Source of the DNA: Chthoniobacteraceae bacterium
GTDB taxonomy: Bacteria; Verrucomicrobiota; Verrucomicrobiia; Chthoniobacterales; Chthoniobacteraceae
Length of the DNA stretch: 64,000 nucleotides
Assembly (NCBI GenBank): GCA_040081625.1
Contig: JBEBGD010000014.1
Location: forward strand, 13,051 to 77,050
Direction: 5' to 3'
Shown here: positions 55,001-61,000 of the stretch, in pieces
How the letters are laid out: each line of letters opens with the position of its first letter
Numbering within the stretch: position 1 is the first letter of the stretch
Position numbers and translations under genes: made by a program
The notes under the pieces: model-generated
Seen by the model: the letters and a program-made list of their open reading frames with translations, nothing else
Told to the model about the DNA's origin: nothing
Database searches by the model: none

Positions 55001-58000
55001 CCGAGCGCCACGTCCGCGCTGAGCGTCCCCGCCATGCCACCCGGCTGGAGGAGGAAGGCGCCGCGCCCATTGCTCACGGTCACGAATCCACCGAGGTCGA
55101 GCCCGACCTGACTGAGCGCGAGCTTCACGCGTTTCTGGCCCGTCGAACTCGTCGCCTGCTCGAAGCTGAAGTTGCCGCTCAAGGTCACGCCCGCGACGCT
55201 GATCGTCGCCGGGTTGATTCCGTCCGCGCCCTTCAACTCCGCGCGCAGGAACGGCCCGCGCGGCAGGTCGAGCGTAAAGGTCTCGGTGCCGACGACGAAG
55301 TTCTCGTGGATCTCGCCGGTCGTGTTGTTGATCGCCACGACAACGGTCGCGTTGTTCAGCGTCACCGCGCCGCCGAGGTTAAGCGTCGGGTTCGCCTCGA
55401 TCCGGCCCGCGAAGCCCGCGGGCGTGATGAGGAAGAGCGCGGCCTGGCCGTCGGCCTGGTTGATCTCGAGTATCGGGCTGCCCGCATCGCCGAGCGCGAT
55501 GCGCGCATTCGCCACCGCGACCTTCACGACGCGCTGGCCGTTCGGCTTCGTGAGTTGCTCGAAGGAGAAGTCGCCGCCGATCATCTGGCCGGCGAGCGTG
55601 AGCGACACGCCGATGCCTTCGACCTTCACGTAAGGCCCCTTCGGAAGGTCGAGCGTGACGGTATCGTTCGCGAGGATCGTGCCGGTGATGACGTCCGCCG
55701 GGTTCGGGTTCGTCGGCGTCGGCGCGGGCGGCACCGCGGCGGTGCCGAGGATGCCGAGGTCGGCGCCGGCATTCGAACCGCCGAGCGCCTCGACCTTCAG
55801 CCGCGTCGTGGCGCCGGTGGAGTTGTCGCTGAAGATGAGCTGCGAGTTTTCCAGCCGCACGATCGACTTGCCGGCCGCCGTGTTGATCTTCGCGACCACG
55901 TCGTTCAGCGTCGTCGCGCCGGTGAGGTCCACGTTCTTCACCTGACCGTTGCGCAGGGTGATCTTGAGATGCGGCGCGGTGCCGTCGATGCGGATGCCCA
56001 TGCCGCCGCGCAGCGACGCGAGCATCGCGGTGCCATTGAGCTGGCTGCCGACGAAGGTCGCCTGCAGGCGGTCCTGCGGATGCGCGGTGTCGGTGATCGT
56101 GTTGATCGCGACCTTGAAGGTGCCTGAGAGCGTGACGCCGGGGATGTTCACGTTCACCGAGCCGCCAAGCTGCCCGGCGAGGCCCGCGTCGGTGAGCAGC
56201 AGCGCCGCTGAGCCGTTCGTGAGCGAGAGGTAATCGGTCGTGCCGTCGCCGAGCCGCACCACGACGTTCTTCGCGATCACGCGGATCACCGTGCCGGCTT
56301 TCTCAAAGGCGAAGTCGCCGCTGATCTTCTGGCCCGCGATGTTGAGCTGGAGATTCGTGCCGTCGAATCGCAGATACGGTCCCGCCGGCAGGTTCAGCGC
56401 GAGGTTCTGGCCCGCGACCGTGAACTGCTCCGCGACCGGCACCGTCCCGTTATTGATCGCGAGCTTCAGCGTGCCGCTGAATCCGATCACCGGGATCGCG
56501 ACGGTGCCGCTGATCTCGCCGGCCATGCCTGTCGGCTTGATGACGAAGAAGCCCGTGCCGCCCGTGAGCGAGACGATGTCGGTCGTGCCGGCCTTGAGCG
56601 CGAAGTTCAGGTTCGTCACCGCCACGCGCACGATCTTCACGGGCTGCGTGCCCGGCGCGCCGCCCGGCGAGACCGCCTGTGTGATCTGCTCGAACGCAAA
56701 GTTCGCCGTGAGCTCCTGGCCCGCGATGCGCAGCACGATGCCCGTGCCCTCGACCTTGAGGTAAGGCCCGGCGGGCAGGTTGAGCGCGATCGTCTCGACC
56801 GCGTTGAGCGGCAGTCCGGTGAGCACGTCGGAGCTGCCGACTTCCCGGCCCACGCGCAGGATGCCGAGCTGATCGCCCACGCTGCCCGCGACACCGAGCA
56901 CTTCGAGGCGGTTGGTGTTCGTGGTCGTCGCATCGACGATCCGCAGGCTGCGCCCGTGGAGCGACGCCGTGATCGCGCTGCCGCCCGCCGTCTGAATCTT
57001 CGAGATCACATCTGCCAGCGTGTCGGTCTGCACGAGGTCCACACCGAACGTCGAGCCATCGCGCTTCTTCACCGTGAAGTCCACGCCCGCGACCGCCGTC
57101 ACGCCGAGATCGGTCAGCGTCTTCTCAGTCGTCACCACCGGCACCGACACGCTCGCCGTCACGGGCGCGGCGGTGTTGTTGATGCTCACCGCGAAGTTGC
57201 CGAGGAATTCGACCGCGCCCGGCACGTTCAGCGAGATGTCCGCGCTCAGCGTGCCCGCGAGTCCGGCCGGCCCGATGAGGAAGGCGCCGCGCCCATTGTT
57301 CACGCTCACGACTTCCGTGCCGCCCGCCGTGATGCCGATGTGGACATTCGCCACGCCGACCTTGAGCTGCTTGGCCGTGCCGACGGTGACCGACTCGAAG
57401 CTGAAATTGCCGCTGAGCGACTGGCCCGCGACTTCGAGCGTCAGCGCGCCGGAGAAGCTCACGGAGCCCGCCGGCACGGTGACGCTGCCGCTCGGCAGAA
57501 GCGTCAGCGTCTGCGCCGTGGTCATGTTGTTGAAGACGACCGTCGCGAGGCCGGTGAAGACCACGCCCGGGATGCCGACCACCGAGACCATGCCGTCCGC
57601 GTAGAGCGCCATCCCGCCCGCGTTCTTCCGCAGCGAGATCGTCGCGTTGTCGATGAGCAGGCCCTTTGCGCTCGGGTTCGGCTCCGCGCCGTCGAGCGTC
57701 GCCGGTCCCTGGCCGATGAAGATCTTCGCGCCCGCGACGATGATGTTTTCCCCACTGAAATCGATCGTGTCGCTCTCGATCGTCACGAACCCGCCGATGT
57801 CGATGATCACGTCCGTCGCCGTGAACGCGACCGTCGGCGTCGCCGGCAGCCTGATGACGAGCACGTTCTCTCCGAACACGAACGTCTCATCCACCGCCAC
57901 GCCGGTCGTGTTGATCTTCACCGCGAGATTCCCGCCGATCGTCGCGCCGCCGCCCGCGATATTCACGTCACCCGATACCACGCCCGCGATGCCGGTCGGC

Positions 58001-61000
58001 TTCAGGATCAGCGCGCCCTGGCCCTTCGTGATCCCCTGCCCGCCAAACTCGATCGCCACATTCGCAAAGGCGATCCGCGTCACCTTCACCCCGTTGCTGA
58101 AGAACTTCGCGCCCTGACCGTTCGCGCCCGTGATCAGGTCGGGATCGGCGTCGCCATCGACATTCGCGAGGAGCAGCACACTCGTCGCATCCGTGGCGAG
58201 GCCGAGCAGCGTCGGCGTCACTCCTCCGAAAGGATCGTTCGGGTTGCTGTTGTTGAGGTAAACGCGCGTCTGCGCCGTGTTCGCGCCAAAGGCCACGTCG
58301 AGTTTCCCGTCTCCATTTACGTCGCCGAGCGACACGCTCGTCGTCGCAAAGGCGCCCATGCCGATCGCTAGGCCCGCCGCGCTGAATGGCGTCACGCCGC
58401 CGCCGTTCTTGAAGACGAGGTTTTGCTCGCCCGTCGCCTTGCCGACGATCAGGTCCGCCAGCCCGTCGCCCGTCACGTCGCCGAGCGCGATGGCCTTCGT
58501 GTGATTCGCGACGTTTGCCGAATCGATGACTTGCGCGTCCGCCGCGGTGAAGAGCGCATCCGGCGTCGTCGCAAGGAACGCGACCGACACGCCGTCGAGC
58601 GCCAGCGAAGTAATCGTGCCCGTCGTCTTCGCGCGGACCTGCAGCTTGCCACCGACGATCGTCGCCTCGAGTCCGCTCGTGCCGAGCGAAGTATTCAGCG
58701 CGTTCACGAATGCCGCCGGCGTCGCGCTGCCCGCGGCGACCATGTAGCTCGAAACCGTCGCCGAGCCGTTGATGCGGAACTTGAAGGTCACATCCGCTCC
58801 GAAGTCGGCAGGCAGACCGGCCGTCGAGGTGAAGGACGGCAGGCGCAGGTTGTTGTCCGCCGTGTTTTCCACGAAGAGCGCCGTGCTCTGGCTCACGATC
58901 TCGAACGCCGTGATCGTCGGGTCGAGCAGGCTCACCGCGAGCTTGCCGTCGGCGAGCAGCTTCACGGTCACCCGCGTCGCGAGATTCTGGAGCGCGAGCG
59001 CGTCGTTGAAATCGCTCTCGAGGTTTGCCCGCGCGGCGTTCGCGCTCATCGCCGCCGCGCTCACCGTCACCGTCACCGCCGCCGCGCCGTTGATCTTCAC
59101 GCCGAAGCTGAACGCCGCCGCGAGCTGGCCGTTCGCCGGCACCGCGGCGGAAGTGAGATACTGCTGGCGGTTGAGCAGGCTATCGGCGTTCGGCGCGAAA
59201 ATGCCGAGCGCCTGCGCGCTCACGTCAATCGCCGAGGTGTTCGCGTCGATCGCGCGCAAGCGCACCAGATTGCCGGCGGTCAGCTCCGCGAGCACCCTCG
59301 AGCCGAGGCCGACGCCGGCCAGCGCCGAGTTGATGTCCGCGACGAACTTCGCCCGCCGCGCGGCATCCGTCGTGAGCGCAACGCCGTTGTCGTCCACGCC
59401 GTTGTCGGCCTGCGCGCTCGCCGTCACGGTCACCGTCGCGCCAGTCGTCGAGCCGTTGAGCGCGATGAAGAAGCTGAAATCCACGCCCACGCCGCCGATC
59501 TTCCCGCTCGCCGGCGCCGTCACGAGTGAGCGCAGCGCGACGCCGTTGTTCACGTAGAGCCGGTTTGCCGCGCCGTCGTTGCCGATCACGATGTCCGCCC
59601 GTCCGTCGCCGTTCACGTCGCCCACCGCGACCGCCACGGTCGGGTAAGTCGCGGCGTCGAGGGTGATCGCCGCGGCGGAGAACGGCGTCGCGGTTCCGTT
59701 GTTCAGGTAGATCAGGCTCGCGGTGCCGTTGTTTGCCACGAGCAAGTCCAGCTTGCTGTCGCCATTGAAGTCCGCAAGCGACACCGCCCGCGTCGCATTT
59801 GTGGCTACCGCGAGATCCGTGCTCGCGCCGAACGGCGTCGCCACGTTGCCCGAGTTGATGAAGATCAGGTTCGTCTGCGCGGTGCGGCCCACGATCAGGT
59901 CGCGCTTCCCGTCGCCATTCACGTCGCCGATCGCGATCGACGTGGTCGCGCTCACCGCCGGGCCGAAGCTAAGCGGCGCGGCGCTGAACGGCGTCGCGGT
60001 CCCGTTGTTCAGATACGTTTGGAGCTGCGCGCCCGCCCGGCCGACGACGAGGTCCGGCCTGTTGTCGCCGTTCACATCCGCGATGGCCATCGCCGTGATC
60101 GCGTCCGTCGCGCCGCCGAGGGTGATCGCGCCGTTGAATTCCGGCTTCACGCTCTGCTCGAAGAAGAAGTCGCCGACGATCCGATTGCCGGGCGTGCCGT
60201 CGATCACGCCGTCGATCGTCAGGCTAGCGCCGATCACCGCCACCCGCAGGAACGGCCCGGCGGGCAGGTCCATCGTGACGGTCGTCATGCCGACCGAAAA
60301 GGTCTGCTTCACCGGCTGCGGCTGCGTGTTGATCTGGAGCGAGATCGTTGTGGTCGTGATGCCCAGCCCCGGCAGATTGATCGCGAAGTTGGTAATCGTG
60401 AAGTCCGCCGCGACGCCGAGCTTGTTCACGAGCAGCGAGCCCGAGCCGTCGTTGATCTGCACATACGGCTGCGCCGCGCCCGGCACGCCGATGCTCAGGG
60501 TCAGGTTGGTGATCGCGATGCGCAGGACCTTCTCGTCGTCGGCGTTGCCCGCGATGTTGTCCGGCCCGCGGGTGGTCGTCTGCTCGAGCGAGAAGTTTCC
60601 GCCGAGCTGCTGGCCCGCGATGTTCAGCCGCGCGCCCGTCGCTTCGATGCGGAAGAACTGACCAGCCGGCAGAACGAGCGGCGTGCCAGTGCCGAAGTCC
60701 TCGTTCACCGCTCCCTCGAGCGTGTTCACCTGGATCGCGAAGCTCGCATCGAAGGTCACGCCCGGGATGTTCACTGCGACATCCGCGCTCAAGCGGCCCG
60801 CGAGGCCCTTCTTCGCCGTCGCACCCGTGCCCTGCGTGATGAGCAGGAAGTCGCCGCTGCCATTCGAGATCGTGACGAACTCCGTGGTGCCGTCGCCGAT
60901 CGCGAAGCGGACTTCCGAGAGCGAGATGCGCACGACTTTCTTCTGGTTCGGAGCGGTGCCGCTGGTGAGTTGCTCGAAAGCGAAGTTGCCGCTGAGCGAA

